DNA from: an uncultured Dehalococcoidia bacterium
Lineage (GTDB): Bacteria > Chloroflexota > Dehalococcoidia > Lucifugimonadales > UBA826
Length of the DNA stretch: 64,000 bases
Assembly (NCBI GenBank): GCA_964602845.1
Contig: CAZRSW010000004.1
Coordinates: 13,893-77,892 of the forward strand
Reading direction: 5' to 3'
Shown here: positions 41,011-51,153 of the stretch, piece after piece
How the letters are laid out: each line of letters opens with the position of its first letter
How positions within the stretch are numbered: the stretch's first letter is position 1
Program-made: the position numbers and the translations under genes
The notes under the pieces: generated by a model
What the model saw: only the letters and a program-made list of their open reading frames with translations
The model's database searches: none
What the model was told of the DNA's origin: nothing

Positions 41011-42351
41011 ATGAACATCAAGCCCATAGTAACCATAATCGGTAAACCCAACTCTGGGAAATCTACCCTTTTTAATAGGATCACGGGAAGACACACCGCA
41101 ATTACCAGTAGCGTTGCAGGCACAACAAGGGACAGAGTAATAGAAGAGACCGTATGGGGCGATCACGCATTTATAGTGGTTGACACCGGTGGATTAGAGC
41201 TATTTGAACCCGAAGTAGTAGAAATATGGAGCGAAGTTAAGAGTCAGATCGACCAAGCAATTACGGATTCCGATGTGATCCTGTTCCTCGTTGACATTGC
41301 AACAGGCGCAACCACCGTCGATCAAGAAATCGCTGATATGTTACGGTCAATTGGGAAACCTGTTGTATTAGTCGCCAGTAAGGCAGATAACGAAGACCGC
41401 GTTGCTTACTCCTCTGAGTTATATAAGCTCGGCCTAGGTGACCCAGTACCAATCAGCGCGTATCACAATCATGGTATCGATGAACTTATGACCTCCGTTA
41501 TAGAGCATTTCAACGATATACCACAGCCTCCTAGTTTAGTTGTTGACCTTCGTCTGGCAATTATCGGCCGCACAAACGTTGGAAAATCCCTGTTGATCAA
41601 CGCAATTACTGGGGGGCCGCGATCCATAGTAAGTAACATTGCTGGCACAACCAGAGATAGTATTGACTCAGTAGTGAGCGTCAATCACAGAGAAGTTCAG
41701 ATAGTCGATACTGCCGGCATAAGAAGAAGGGGAGATATTAAGCAGGGCATAGAGAAGTACAGCGTTGTTAGGTCGATTAAAGCAATCAACAGATCTCAAG
41801 TCACAGCTCTAACCATAGATGCCTCCGAGCTCTCTACAAATCAAGATGCCCATATTGCCAGTTATGTTTTCAACTCTAAGAGGGGGCTTGTGATAATAGT
41901 AAATAAATGGGATCTGGCCGAAAAACTACATTTAACAAAACAACTTGCAATCTCAAATATTAGAGAAAAATTCAAGTTCGCCAGCCACGCGCCTATTTGT
42001 TTCACTTCAGCTTTAAACAAATCAGGCATAAAGGAATTATTTGATACGGCTTTTCGTGTACATAGTGAATGGGCGAAAAAAATACCTCGTGCAGATGTAA
42101 ATAGGACGATAATGACAGCGGTTTCCGAAAATCCTCCTCCCACAAACGGACGAAAGATATTAAAAATATATAGCGCTTTGCAGGATGAATCTAGTCCTCC
42201 TAGCTTTACATTTTACGTAAACCATACCGATATGATTCATTTCTCCTACAGAAGGTATCTCGAAAATAGGCTCCGTCAGGAACATGGATTTGAGGGAAGT
42301 CCACTAAGGATGCGCTTCCGAGGAAGAACAAAAAAATGGGCTCGCAGATGA
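41011..42351 (+). CDS. der: Ribosome-biogenesis GTPase Der (EngA)
   Basis: Two tandem G domains (GKPNSGKST...DTGG...SKAD and GRTNVGKS...DTAG...NKWD) plus a KH-like C-terminus. Confidence 0.95.
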   Translation: MNIKPIVTIIGKPNSGKSTLFNRITGRHTAITSSVAGTTRDRVIEETVWGDHAFIVVDTGGLELFEPEVVEIWSEVKSQIDQAITDSDVILFLVDIATGATTVDQEIADMLRSIGKPVVLVASKADNEDRVAYSSELYKLGLGDPVPISAYHNHGIDELMTSVIEHFNDIPQPPSLVVDLRLAIIGRTNVGKSLLINAITGGPRSIVSNIAGTTRDSIDSVVSVNHREVQIVDTAGIRRRGDIKQGIEKYSVVRSIKAINRSQVTALTIDASELSTNQDAHIASYVFNSKRGLVIIVNKWDLAEKLHLTKQLAISNIREKFKFASHAPICFTSALNKSGIKELFDTAFRVHSEWAKKIPRADVNRTIMTAVSENPPPTNGRKILKIYSALQDESSPPSFTFYVNHTDMIHFSYRRYLENRLRQEHGFEGSPLRMRFRGRTKKWARR

Positions 42352-42986
42352 TCGCTATAGCGATCATATTGGCCGGTTATCTGATTGCCTCTATCTCCTT
42401 TGGTCTGATTATAGGCAAATACGTTAAAAAAATAGACATCAGACAATATGGAAGCGGTAGTACCGGAGCCACCAATGTAGCAAGAACATGCGGGCCAATA
42501 TACGGAGCCATCGTTTTATTGCTCGATATGGCCAAAGCCATTCTGCCACTAATCTTCGCAATACATATCGTCGACACTCCCATTTGGAGCCATTCCTTCG
42601 TAGGACTGTCGGCAATAGTCGGACATGTTTGGCCTCTATACACCAAGTTCCGTGGTGGGAAAGGGATTGCCTCTGGTTGGGCTGCATTAACGGTCCTATG
42701 CCCCTGGGCTGGATTGCTGGCAACTTTGACTGGGGTACCATTGATAATCATTTTCCGTTATGTCTCCTTAGGTTCAATATGTGGTTCAATATTCGGGACC
42801 ACCAGTTTAGTAATACTTTGTTTTATCTCACCACTACCTCTGATAGATACAGTCCCACACGCATATTCAATATTCGGCATTTTTGGAGGTATTATTACAG
42901 TAGTACTGCATCGACAAAATATTCTCCGACTTATTGAGGGAAAAGAAAAAAAGATAGGCCAACGATCCGAGGATATATCAAATTAA
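42336..42986 (+). CDS. plsY: Glycerol-3-phosphate acyltransferase PlsY
   Basis: YLIASISFGLIIGK, GSGSTGATNV, FRGGKGIA, with multiple TM segments. An alternative ATG at 42348 overlaps the der stop as ATGA. Confidence 0.9.
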   Translation: MGSQMIAIAIILAGYLIASISFGLIIGKYVKKIDIRQYGSGSTGATNVARTCGPIYGAIVLLLDMAKAILPLIFAIHIVDTPIWSHSFVGLSAIVGHVWPLYTKFRGGKGIASGWAALTVLCPWAGLLATLTGVPLIIIFRYVSLGSICGSIFGTTSLVILCFISPLPLIDTVPHAYSIFGIFGGIITVVLHRQNILRLIEGKEKKIGQRSEDISN

Positions 42987-42988
42987 AT

Positions 42989-43990
42989 ATGATAAAGGTA
43001 ACGATTGTAGGGGCTACAACATGGGGCACCACACTTGCATTGATGGTCTCAAGAGAGGGCATTAATACTGCTTTGTTGGTGCGCTCGAAAACAGAATCGT
43101 CAAAAATGATCCAAGAGGGTCAAAATTCACGGTTCTTGCCAGGAGTGATGTTTCCAAAAAACCTTTCAATAACACATTCCAAGGAAAATGCCTTTAATAG
43201 CTCATCTATTGCCATATATGCAGTGCCATCCACTACCTTTCGAACAAATGTGGTTGAGACAATCCATCATATACCCAAAGATACCGTTATAGTAAGCGCC
43301 TCTAAAGGGCTTGAATTAAACACTGGGAAACGAATGACGGAAATACTCGAAGAACTGATTTCTGATAATTCCAATGATAGACTCTGCGCACTATCAGGGC
43401 CTAATCTAGCCTCAGAAATAATATCCGGAAAACCCACTTCGACTGTAGTTGCTTCTACTGACTACAACTCAGCGCAATTAGTACAATCCATCCTTAATTC
43501 TGATAAGTTCAGAGTATACACTAACACAGACATTATAGGCGTAGAATTGGCGGGTTCACTCAAAAACATCACTGCTATTGCTGCTGGTATTTGTGACGGA
43601 TTGGATCTTGGAGATAACGCTAAAGCAACGATAATAACTAGAGGACTATCGGAGATGTCAAGATTAGGCACAGCGATGGGTGCAAATCCCTTAACATTTG
43701 CCGGATTAGCAGGCATGGGGGATATTATAGCAACCTGTTCAAGTAATCTGAGCCGAAACAATAGGGCAGGGAGATTGTTGGCAACTGGGGCAAGTATACC
43801 GGACATAGCAATATCCATCGGGAGCGTTACAGAAGGTATAGGGACTACAAAAGCTTCGATAAAGCTCGCCGAACAGACCAGCATTGAAATGCCAGTGGCA
43901 AAATCTGTTTACAATGTGTTGTTTAACAACACACCTGCCCTTGAGGCAGTTCATGACTTGATGATTCGAGCCCCAAGATCAGAAACTTGA
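42989..43990 (+). CDS. gpsA: NAD(P)H-dependent glycerol-3-phosphate dehydrogenase
   Basis: VTIVGATTWGT, GPNLASE, LKNITAIAAGI, GLAGMGDIIATC, and SRNNRAG. Confidence 0.92.
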   Translation: MIKVTIVGATTWGTTLALMVSREGINTALLVRSKTESSKMIQEGQNSRFLPGVMFPKNLSITHSKENAFNSSSIAIYAVPSTTFRTNVVETIHHIPKDTVIVSASKGLELNTGKRMTEILEELISDNSNDRLCALSGPNLASEIISGKPTSTVVASTDYNSAQLVQSILNSDKFRVYTNTDIIGVELAGSLKNITAIAAGICDGLDLGDNAKATIITRGLSEMSRLGTAMGANPLTFAGLAGMGDIIATCSSNLSRNNRAGRLLATGASIPDIAISIGSVTEGIGTTKASIKLAEQTSIEMPVAKSVYNVLFNNTPALEAVHDLMIRAPRSET

Positions 43991-44051
43991 CGTCCACCCC
44001 TACATAGCTCATCTAGCAATAATCTTGTGTTTGTTTATTAGTAATGCCGAA

Positions 44052-44789
44052 TTAAATTTCTCCAAGTTCATATATAACAACTGCAGTAGTGACTATACCG
44101 GCAGTTTCCGACCTAAGAATTCTAGGCCCTAGAGATACAGGCAAAGCCCCTAAACCTATAGCGTCATTAATCTCGCTGATCGTAAAACCACCTACGGGGC
44201 CAACGAAAACGGAAACCTCCCTAATATCTCGCTTAAGGCTTTCTACGTGGGTAGTAAGCGCTTCCTTCAAATAAAGATCCTTCTCTTTTTCCCACGGGAT
44301 TAAAGATAGGCCATTAGATATAGACAATGCTTCATGAAACGTCTTTGGATCAGTTAGATCAGGGATTCTACATCTCCCAGACTGCTCAGCGGCTTCCCGG
44401 ATAATCCTATGCCACCTATTTTTCCTAGTCCCACTGACCGACAACCGGTCTGTTCGCGCCGAGATAAATGGGACAAATTTTGACACACCAACCTCTACCC
44501 CTTTTTGAAGAACATATTCAAACCTCTCAGGTTTAATAAGAGCCTGACAAAGCGTAACATTTACGTTCGGTTCACCTGTACCTCGTCTCTCCTCAACTAC
44601 GATGCCTCTACAGGAATCAGACTGGATGTGACCAAGTTCCACTTCCAACTCTGTTCCATTACCATCCATCACAATTATCCTGTCTCCCTTTTTCGCCCTC
44701 AAAACGACTGCTAATTGATGCGATATATCCTTTGGCAATTCAACATCCATTCCATTTATACTCTCAGGAGAAGTGAAGAAGCGATTCAT
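44052..44789 (-). CDS. rsmE: 16S rRNA (uracil1498-N3)-methyltransferase
   Basis: HQLAVVLR, a PUA-like N-terminus, and VFVGPVGGFT...LGPRILRSETA. The start overlaps the prmA stop by 4 nt. Confidence 0.85.
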   Translation of the reverse strand: MNRFFTSPESINGMDVELPKDISHQLAVVLRAKKGDRIIVMDGNGTELEVELGHIQSDSCRGIVVEERRGTGEPNVNVTLCQALIKPERFEYVLQKGVEVGVSKFVPFISARTDRLSVSGTRKNRWHRIIREAAEQSGRCRIPDLTDPKTFHEALSISNGLSLIPWEKEKDLYLKEALTTHVESLKRDIREVSVFVGPVGGFTISEINDAIGLGALPVSLGPRILRSETAGIVTTAVVIYELGEI

Positions 44790-45715
44790 TTACTATTGCC
44801 CTGACTTTGTAATGGAACCATAGAAGCCAATATGGCACACCAGTCCCCGTCCAAATCCACCATTTCAAATCTAATACCCTTTCTTGTCATAACATCCCTG
44901 ACCGCATCTAAGGATTCCATGAGTATGCCAGATAGTATCAGCCTAGAGTCAGGAAGGAGTGTCTCCGCTATAAGATCAGAAACGTCCATTATTACCTTGG
45001 AGGATATGTTCGCTAATACTACGTCAAATTTTCTTCCAGAAATAAGCTCCTGATTTATTGGACCGTTAACGACAGATATTTCATCAGATACTCCATTGAT
45101 TTTGCAGTTTTCGACAGCAACCTCGGTAGAGACCTTGTCTATGTCGACACCAATCGAACTATCTGCGCCCAGTTTTACAGCTGCAATGGATAATATCCCT
45201 GAGCCACAACCAATATCCAAAACGCACTCCCCACCAAAGATAACTCCCTCCAATAACTCTAAACACATACGAGTAGTCGGGTGATATCCTGTTCCAAAAG
45301 CCATACCAGGATCTAGTAATATAACAACCTTACCCTCACCATTTTCCCCCTCCCGCCAAGTTGGAGAAATAACAATATTCTCACCAATAGCAACGGGCCG
45401 AAAATGTTCTTCCCACTTGGTCTCCCAATCTTCTTCTTCAACCTCACGTACAATAAAAGAATCTATAGGGTGAACGTGATTAACTAATCTTACTCCTACT
45501 TCAATACGGCTCCGCTTATCTTGGGTATTTTCATCAATGGGCAGATAAGCACGTATTGTTAGTGCACCATCAATTCGAGGCATTTCCCCTTCATCTGGAT
45601 TAAACGAATCACTATTTTCTATAACCGCCCCTCCACTTCCATATCTGTTAAAAATATGAAAGAGGGGTTCTACAAATTCAGGATCCGCCTCTACACTCAA
45701 CTCCAACCATTTCAT
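44786..45715 (-). CDS. prmA: Ribosomal protein L11 methyltransferase
   Basis: MKWLELSV, FGTGYHPTT, VLDIGCGSGILSIAA, and ANI. It lies downstream of dnaJ, as in many Terrabacteria. Confidence 0.88.
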   Translation of the reverse strand: MKWLELSVEADPEFVEPLFHIFNRYGSGGAVIENSDSFNPDEGEMPRIDGALTIRAYLPIDENTQDKRSRIEVGVRLVNHVHPIDSFIVREVEEEDWETKWEEHFRPVAIGENIVISPTWREGENGEGKVVILLDPGMAFGTGYHPTTRMCLELLEGVIFGGECVLDIGCGSGILSIAAVKLGADSSIGVDIDKVSTEVAVENCKINGVSDEISVVNGPINQELISGRKFDVVLANISSKVIMDVSDLIAETLLPDSRLILSGILMESLDAVRDVMTRKGIRFEMVDLDGDWCAILASMVPLQSQGNSK

Positions 45716-45739
45716 GTATATACCAAAAAATCTAGGGTC

Positions 45740-46876
45740 CTATTCTCCAAAAGCACTTTTGAATTTCCCGAAGAAACCTTTACCATCTATTCCTTCAGAA
45801 AAATCAACAGTGGGTAATGTTTCCCCTAGATTTTCCAAAAGTCCTTTTTGTTCGCTTGTTAATTTTTTGGGCACATGCACACTCAATGTAACAAGCTGAT
45901 CACCTCGCCTATTTCCACGTAATTGAGCAACTCCTAGACCCCTTAATCTAAAAACATTCCCATTTTGAGTCCCGGGCGGAATATCAAGTTCGTACTGACC
46001 TTCAAGCGTAGGGACAGGCACTGTCGCTCCCAAGGAGGCTTGTACAATATTTATCGGCAGCTCGCATCTTATGTTCACCCCATCACGAACGAAATAATCA
46101 TGTTCAGAAATTCTGAAGGCGACATACAAATCACCCGGAGGTCCGCCATTTGTCCCATGCTCACCCTCCCCACTCAACCGAATCTGAGTATCTTCTTCTA
46201 TACCAGGAGGGACAACGACAGCGAGTTTTCGATTCTTTCGCTCCCTACCTTGGCCTCTACACTGAGTACAACGAGTATTTATGACCTTCCCATCTCCCTT
46301 ACAGATATGGCAATCCGTGACTTGAACAACCTGCCCAAACACACTCTGTTGAGCACGTCTAACTTGTCCTTCACCATTACAAGCGGTACAAATATCTACA
46401 TCACTGCCAGGTTCACTTTTGGAGCCTCTACAATGACTACAGGATTCAATCCTCCTAATTTCGAATTCTTTCTCTGTACCAAAAATCGCCTCATCGAAAT
46501 CCACTGTCATACTATATTGCAAGTCAGAACCGCGCTGAGCAGTGTTTCTTCGTTGACCAGAACTGCCAAACCCACCACCAAAAAAAGATTCAAATATATC
46601 GCCAAATCCACCGAAATCGGCGAATCCGCTGTTTCGAATGTCGCTGCCATTTATTCCAGCATGACCAAATCGGTCGTATTGAGCCCTCTTTTCATCATCT
46701 GAAAGTATCTGGTAGGCTTCATTTATCTCTTTGAACTTTTCCTCTGCTCCCTTATCCTTGTTTCGATCGGGATGATATTTCAGAGCCAGTTTTCTAAACG
46801 CACTTTTCAAATCTTCCGCGCTAGCATTTTTAGAAACACCGAGCACTTCGTAATAATCTCGTTTTTGGGTAGTCAT
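45740..46876 (-). CDS. dnaJ: Molecular chaperone DnaJ
   Basis: J domain DYYEVLGV...KYHPDRN, a G/F region, and four CxxCxGxG zinc motifs ([32 protein letters not shown]). ATG at 46876 ([14 protein letters not shown]) is preferred over GTG at 46924. Confidence 0.95.
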   Translation of the reverse strand: MTTQKRDYYEVLGVSKNASAEDLKSAFRKLALKYHPDRNKDKGAEEKFKEINEAYQILSDDEKRAQYDRFGHAGINGSDIRNSGFADFGGFGDIFESFFGGGFGSSGQRRNTAQRGSDLQYSMTVDFDEAIFGTEKEFEIRRIESCSHCRGSKSEPGSDVDICTACNGEGQVRRAQQSVFGQVVQVTDCHICKGDGKVINTRCTQCRGQGRERKNRKLAVVVPPGIEEDTQIRLSGEGEHGTNGGPPGDLYVAFRISEHDYFVRDGVNIRCELPINIVQASLGATVPVPTLEGQYELDIPPGTQNGNVFRLRGLGVAQLRGNRRGDQLVTLSVHVPKKLTSEQKGLLENLGETLPTVDFSEGIDGKGFFGKFKSAFGE

Positions 46877-46992
46877 ATCTTCTATACCACACGCGTCATT
46901 AAAGGAAGTTACATAACCGGACACTCACGATAAAAGATTATAAACTAAGTTCAACTATAACGTTAGCCGATGACATGAAACAGACTTCAAGG

Positions 46993-47895
46993 TCAAACAT
47001 GGGACCCATTAGAATGTTTAAGATCACGAGCTGCTCTTAAAGTATTTGAGAGCAACATTGCTATTGTCATTGGGCCAACGCCTCCTGGTACAGGAGTTAT
47101 GGCTGATGCTTTTCGTGAGACCCCCCGAAAATCAACGTCTCCTATCAATTCGTATCCACTTCTTTTACTAGGATTTTCAATCCTATTTATTCCAACATCT
47201 ATAACAACCACTTCGTCCGTTATCATTTCCTCGGTTACATACTTTGGCCGACCGATGGCCGTTATGAGAATGTCAGCTTCTCGGGTAATATCACATAGGT
47301 TATATGTGCCGCTGTGACATACAGTAACTGTGGCATTACCACCACTCCTTTTGAGTGAAAGGAGGTTCGCAACTGGCCTACCCACTATATTACTCCTACC
47401 TAAAACAACTACGTGTTTACCCGATGGATTGTTGTCCGTACGTAACAACATTTGTTCAATACCAGCGGGTGTAGCAGGAATAAATCTAGGATTGCCAGAT
47501 GCAAGAAGGCCAACATTGTATGGGTGTAATCCATCAACATCTTTCAAGGGGTTAATAGCCGAGATTATTCTATTTTCATCAATCTCTCTAGGCAATGGCA
47601 TCTGTACTAATATGCCATGAAACGCCGTATCCATATTGAGCTGATGAACCAAGGAAAGCAAATCCTCCTCGCTCACATTATCGGGTAAGTTGAAAATTTC
47701 CCCATTCATCCCAACAGCATTGGCATCCCTTTCCTTATTTCTCACGTAAACTGCTGAGGCAGGATCATCCCCTACTAATATTACTGCTAATCCCGGCTCA
47801 ATATCATGCTTTCGTTTCATCTCCAAGACCCCAGAGGAGACTTCATTCCGAATCTGCCCAGCAATTTTTTTACCATCAATCAATTTAGCACCCAT
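46993..47895 (-). CDS. folD: Bifunctional methylenetetrahydrofolate dehydrogenase/cyclohydrolase
   Basis: LAVILVGDDPAS..YV..K, QMPLP, VVVLGRSNIVGRPVA, and PVPGGVGPMT. Confidence 0.93.
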   Translation of the reverse strand: MGAKLIDGKKIAGQIRNEVSSGVLEMKRKHDIEPGLAVILVGDDPASAVYVRNKERDANAVGMNGEIFNLPDNVSEEDLLSLVHQLNMDTAFHGILVQMPLPREIDENRIISAINPLKDVDGLHPYNVGLLASGNPRFIPATPAGIEQMLLRTDNNPSGKHVVVLGRSNIVGRPVANLLSLKRSGGNATVTVCHSGTYNLCDITREADILITAIGRPKYVTEEMITDEVVVIDVGINRIENPSKRSGYELIGDVDFRGVSRKASAITPVPGGVGPMTIAMLLSNTLRAARDLKHSNGSHV

Positions 47896-48011
47896 AGCTA
47901 TTCCTCCATAAATGCCAAATTGTCAGATTCGCTGGCATTACATTCCACTATCAATCTTACTCTTTTTCTGCACCTACGCTGTATAATTCAAACAAAAATA
48001 TAAGATCAAAA

Positions 48012-48407
48012 ATGTTAATAACCGGCGTAGACATAATTGAAATTAACCGAGTCGAACTTATTGTCAATAAATATGGTACTAAGTTTTTGAATCGGATATA
48101 CACGCACAAAGAACTTGTTTATTGTAAGAATCGTCCCCCTCAACTAGCAAGTAGGTTTGCGGCAAAGGAAGCCGTTATGAAAGCCCTAGGAACGGGCACT
48201 AGAGGCGTCGGATGGAAAGATATAGAAATCTCACGCCTACGAGGTCAAGCTCCCTCAATCGTATTGCATGGGCGAGCTAAAACCCGGGCAGACGCTATAG
48301 GACTCACCGGCCTCGCACTTGCGCTATCTCACTCCAAAGAATATGCAGTTGCAACTGTAATAGGAGAAAGTCAGAAAGGGAACATTCTCAACAAGCAAGA
48401 TCTCTGA
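48012..48407 (+). CDS. acpS: Holo-[acyl-carrier-protein] synthase
   Basis: GVDIIEINRV, FAAKEAVMKALG, and LSHSKEYAVA. Confidence 0.88.
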   Translation: MLITGVDIIEINRVELIVNKYGTKFLNRIYTHKELVYCKNRPPQLASRFAAKEAVMKALGTGTRGVGWKDIEISRLRGQAPSIVLHGRAKTRADAIGLTGLALALSHSKEYAVATVIGESQKGNILNKQDL

Positions 48408-48440
48408 AACAGAAGACACCCATGGATAAAAAGGCTGAAC

Positions 48441-49127
48441 TTATCGGCCTCCAATCTCCTGACGCAAATATTTCGTTAACTCCCACCTTTCGTCTGCCGT
48501 CAATAACTTAGCAAATGGTGGCATAGGAGAGGTAGTCGGTTTTCCCCTAAGATAAGCAGACAGACCCTGGCGTCCTCCATGACTTATAAATCCAAAGATC
48601 TCTCCATCACTGGATTTTCTGGTTACATCAGATCTTAAATTGGCCGGCATGGGGCCTCGATCCATCGCTGTTGTACCATCAGATCTTTTGCTTGATAACT
48701 TAGTGATCTTTCCATCACCATCCAACGACATCCCATGGCAAACAGCACAGTTAACCGCATATAAGTCCACGGCTCTGGCATGATCATAATCTTGTTTTAT
48801 CGCTTCAGGTACCGTTAACCCTGAATATGCCTCCATACTAGAATATTTCACTTCTCTGCCGCTTATAGGTACGGAATGCTCAGGTGGCAGTATACGAGGT
48901 ACCTCTTGAACTCTATAGGAGGGTGAATAATGCATCTCCGAAAAAACCTGCACTGCGTGAGGTCCTGATTGAGGAAATGCTGGTAATTCAAAGTTTATTG
49001 CTCCTCCAAACTTTACCTCTCCGGTCCTAGAGTTATAACATCCAAAACTCGAAATCACAAAAAGCATTACACCCGCAATAACCAACGCCGGTTTCAATTT
49101 TACTCTTGTAATTCGCTTAAGATTCAT
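48441..49127 (-). CDS. actE: Monohaem cytochrome c, ACIII subunit ActE-like
   Basis: N-terminal TM/signal segment with a possible lipid-modified Cys (SSFGC), a single CAVCH haem motif, and a distal MPPF. It is the last gene of the ACIII cluster. Confidence 0.7.
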   Translation of the reverse strand: MNLKRITRVKLKPALVIAGVMLFVISSFGCYNSRTGEVKFGGAINFELPAFPQSGPHAVQVFSEMHYSPSYRVQEVPRILPPEHSVPISGREVKYSSMEAYSGLTVPEAIKQDYDHARAVDLYAVNCAVCHGMSLDGDGKITKLSSKRSDGTTAMDRGPMPANLRSDVTRKSSDGEIFGFISHGGRQGLSAYLRGKPTTSPMPPFAKLLTADERWELTKYLRQEIGGR

Positions 49128-49145
49128 GAGTTTGTTTCTTCTATC

Positions 49146-49661
49146 TTATTCCCAGCCACGAATAATTTCCCCATCCATTCCAGCTTTCTTCAAAGCTTCT
49201 TCTGCTGCGGCCGTTCGCCCTTCATCAGTGGTTACCGACACTCCTATGTGACCCTCCGTTATTTTTTCGCTATAAGCCCCCATAAAAAGTCGAGGTAGCC
49301 GAGACTCAAAAATGATCCCAATAATAGTGAAAATAATAGCCCCAAGCATCGATCCTTCATACATTATGATGGCCATAGGAGGAATAGATAAAATTGGCTT
49401 TCCCCCAGTGATCACCGGGTATGCAAGCTGCGTGCCAGCAGTCAATATCAACGCAATCGTGAATCCGCATACCGCACCAATCAGTGGCCATCTGTATAGG
49501 TGGTGTTTTGGCTCCGACTCACCAAACGTGCCCTCAGGATATGGGGTTCCTGTCAAAACATCATACTCACCATCCTCAAAGCCAGCATCCCTAAGATTGT
49601 CGAGTGCGTCTGCCGCGGAGCTTTCGTCTGTATAAAGCCCAAGTACGCTTCTTTTAGCCAT
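49146..49661 (-). CDS. actD: ACIII subunit ActD-like (DUF3341)
   Basis: N-terminal soluble domain (LGLYTDESSAADALDNLRDAGF) followed by two TM helices, as in ActD/DUF3341. It lies 18 nt upstream of actE. Confidence 0.75.
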   Translation of the reverse strand: MAKRSVLGLYTDESSAADALDNLRDAGFEDGEYDVLTGTPYPEGTFGESEPKHHLYRWPLIGAVCGFTIALILTAGTQLAYPVITGGKPILSIPPMAIIMYEGSMLGAIIFTIIGIIFESRLPRLFMGAYSEKITEGHIGVSVTTDEGRTAAAEEALKKAGMDGEIIRGWE

Positions 49662-49687
49662 AACTTATCCTCTTTTTTAGCCTCGAA

Positions 49688-51097
49688 TCAATGGTTTTTT
49701 TCATAGTAATGATGTGGAAGGCCTTCCCGTATCGTAGCTGGAACGGTCTTCCTGCCAACTTTTATTAACCGCCGAAAAACCATACCTTCCTTGACATCAA
49801 ACAACGGTATCAAAGGAAAAATCTTGGCAAACAGCAACATGCCCAGGGCCACAAAGGCAAAAGTTTCTACTACAATCAATATTTCTATAATGGAAGGATG
49901 GTAAGTCCCCCAATCAAACGTCATATGTCCTCTTCTGACCAGCCCAGGTATAACTATCAAAAACCTTTCAAGCCACATGCCAATGTTGACCAATATGGTC
50001 GACCAAAACATGATTTTCGCACTCCTTCGGAATCTCTTAAATAGCCATAATGGCACCGGAATAACGAACGAAGTTACCACAAAAACCATGAACAACGCCC
50101 CATATGGCCATTGAAATACCTGTAATTCCCTGAGCGCGATTTCAGGGCTCTCCAGTGTATATAGCGCATATATCCATTCCAAGAAGAAGAAGAAAAACCA
50201 CGTCGTCGCAACGACAATGAGTAGTCGTGCTATCGCATCAAAATGATCCGGCTTTATATACTTATCTAACCCATAAAGCCAAACCGATAACGCCATAAGC
50301 ATCGCTACTGCTGATACTCCTGAATGGATCGCTCCAATTATGAAGTAGGGTGCAAATATCGTAGAATGCCAGCCCTCAACACCTATTAACACCGCAAAAT
50401 CCCAAGAGACTATAGAATGCACTGACACGAAAACAGGCAGCACTAGTGCAGATAGAAGAATACCCGCCAAAGTCTGCATACGCCATTGCCTGGGGGTACC
50501 CCTCCAACCAAGGGAGATCCCACTATAAAACTTCTTCATCAAACTGTTTTTTACTCTATCCCTCACGATAGCAAAATCAGGGAGCAAGCAAACAAACACA
50601 AATAATGAGCTTCCAATAAGATATGTGCCTACAGCGCTTGGGTCCCAAACGAATGGCGACCGCACGTTAGGCCATATACCCCTATCAAAATCATAAGGAA
50701 ATATCCAATAAGCGACTCTCCATGGTCGCCCGACGTGGAATAACGGTGTATGCAGAGCTGCGACGAGCGAGAAGACCGTCATCACTTCTGCTGCCCTTGT
50801 AATGGGTCTTCTCCATTCAGCCTGGGTAAGTCTTAATATAGCCGATATCATGATACCTGCATGACTTATACCTATCCAAAAAACGAAATTAGCTATAAAG
50901 AATCCCCACATAACGGGTCTATTTAACCCTGTAACCCCGAGGCCGTGATACACCATAAATCCAAAGGAGCCCAGACCGAGGGCAACCACAAATCCTAGAA
51001 ATAAGACAGCGGGCAACCACCACTTAGGGACGCCAAGAACGTCCTTAAGCAAATCCTCATTTATTTCCTTTTGTGTCAGTTGTGTGTGTTCTTGCAT
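49688..51097 (-). CDS. actC: ACIII quinol-interacting NrfD/PsrC-like membrane subunit (ActC-like)
   Basis: 469 aa and polytopic. The NFVFWIGISHAGIMISA...RPWR...IWPNVRSPFVWD blocks match what I recall of canonical ActC. Confidence 0.8.
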   Translation of the reverse strand: MQEHTQLTQKEINEDLLKDVLGVPKWWLPAVLFLGFVVALGLGSFGFMVYHGLGVTGLNRPVMWGFFIANFVFWIGISHAGIMISAILRLTQAEWRRPITRAAEVMTVFSLVAALHTPLFHVGRPWRVAYWIFPYDFDRGIWPNVRSPFVWDPSAVGTYLIGSSLFVFVCLLPDFAIVRDRVKNSLMKKFYSGISLGWRGTPRQWRMQTLAGILLSALVLPVFVSVHSIVSWDFAVLIGVEGWHSTIFAPYFIIGAIHSGVSAVAMLMALSVWLYGLDKYIKPDHFDAIARLLIVVATTWFFFFFLEWIYALYTLESPEIALRELQVFQWPYGALFMVFVVTSFVIPVPLWLFKRFRRSAKIMFWSTILVNIGMWLERFLIVIPGLVRRGHMTFDWGTYHPSIIEILIVVETFAFVALGMLLFAKIFPLIPLFDVKEGMVFRRLIKVGRKTVPATIREGLPHHYYEKNH

Positions 51098-51153
51098 TTA
51101 CAATTTACCGACTTCCTAAAATAGCAGCTATGTTTAACATCAAATACTGTACA

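Noticed and set aside
42377-42937. Three additional ORFs of 100 aa or more in other frames or on the other strand, overlapping plsY.
   Set aside because: plsY has an unmistakable family signature in its own frame. The others are composition artefacts of a hydrophobic-codon-rich gene.
45965-46702. Long antisense ORFs opposite conserved genes: 245 aa opposite dnaJ, and similar ones at 14520-15101 and 15788-16264 (gyrA), 35190-36100 (ftsZ), 5875-6357 (dnaG), 51239-51712 and 52883-53374 (ACIII genes).
   Set aside because: They are Ser/Thr/Leu/Ile-rich low-complexity translations with no RBS. They lie fully inside strongly conserved genes on the other strand. This is typical shadow-ORF behaviour and there is no independent support.
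46877-46924. 16-aa N-terminal extension of DnaJ from a GTG start.
   Set aside because: There is no RBS. The J domain conventionally starts within a few residues of the initiator Met, and ATG at 46876 gives [14 protein letters not shown].
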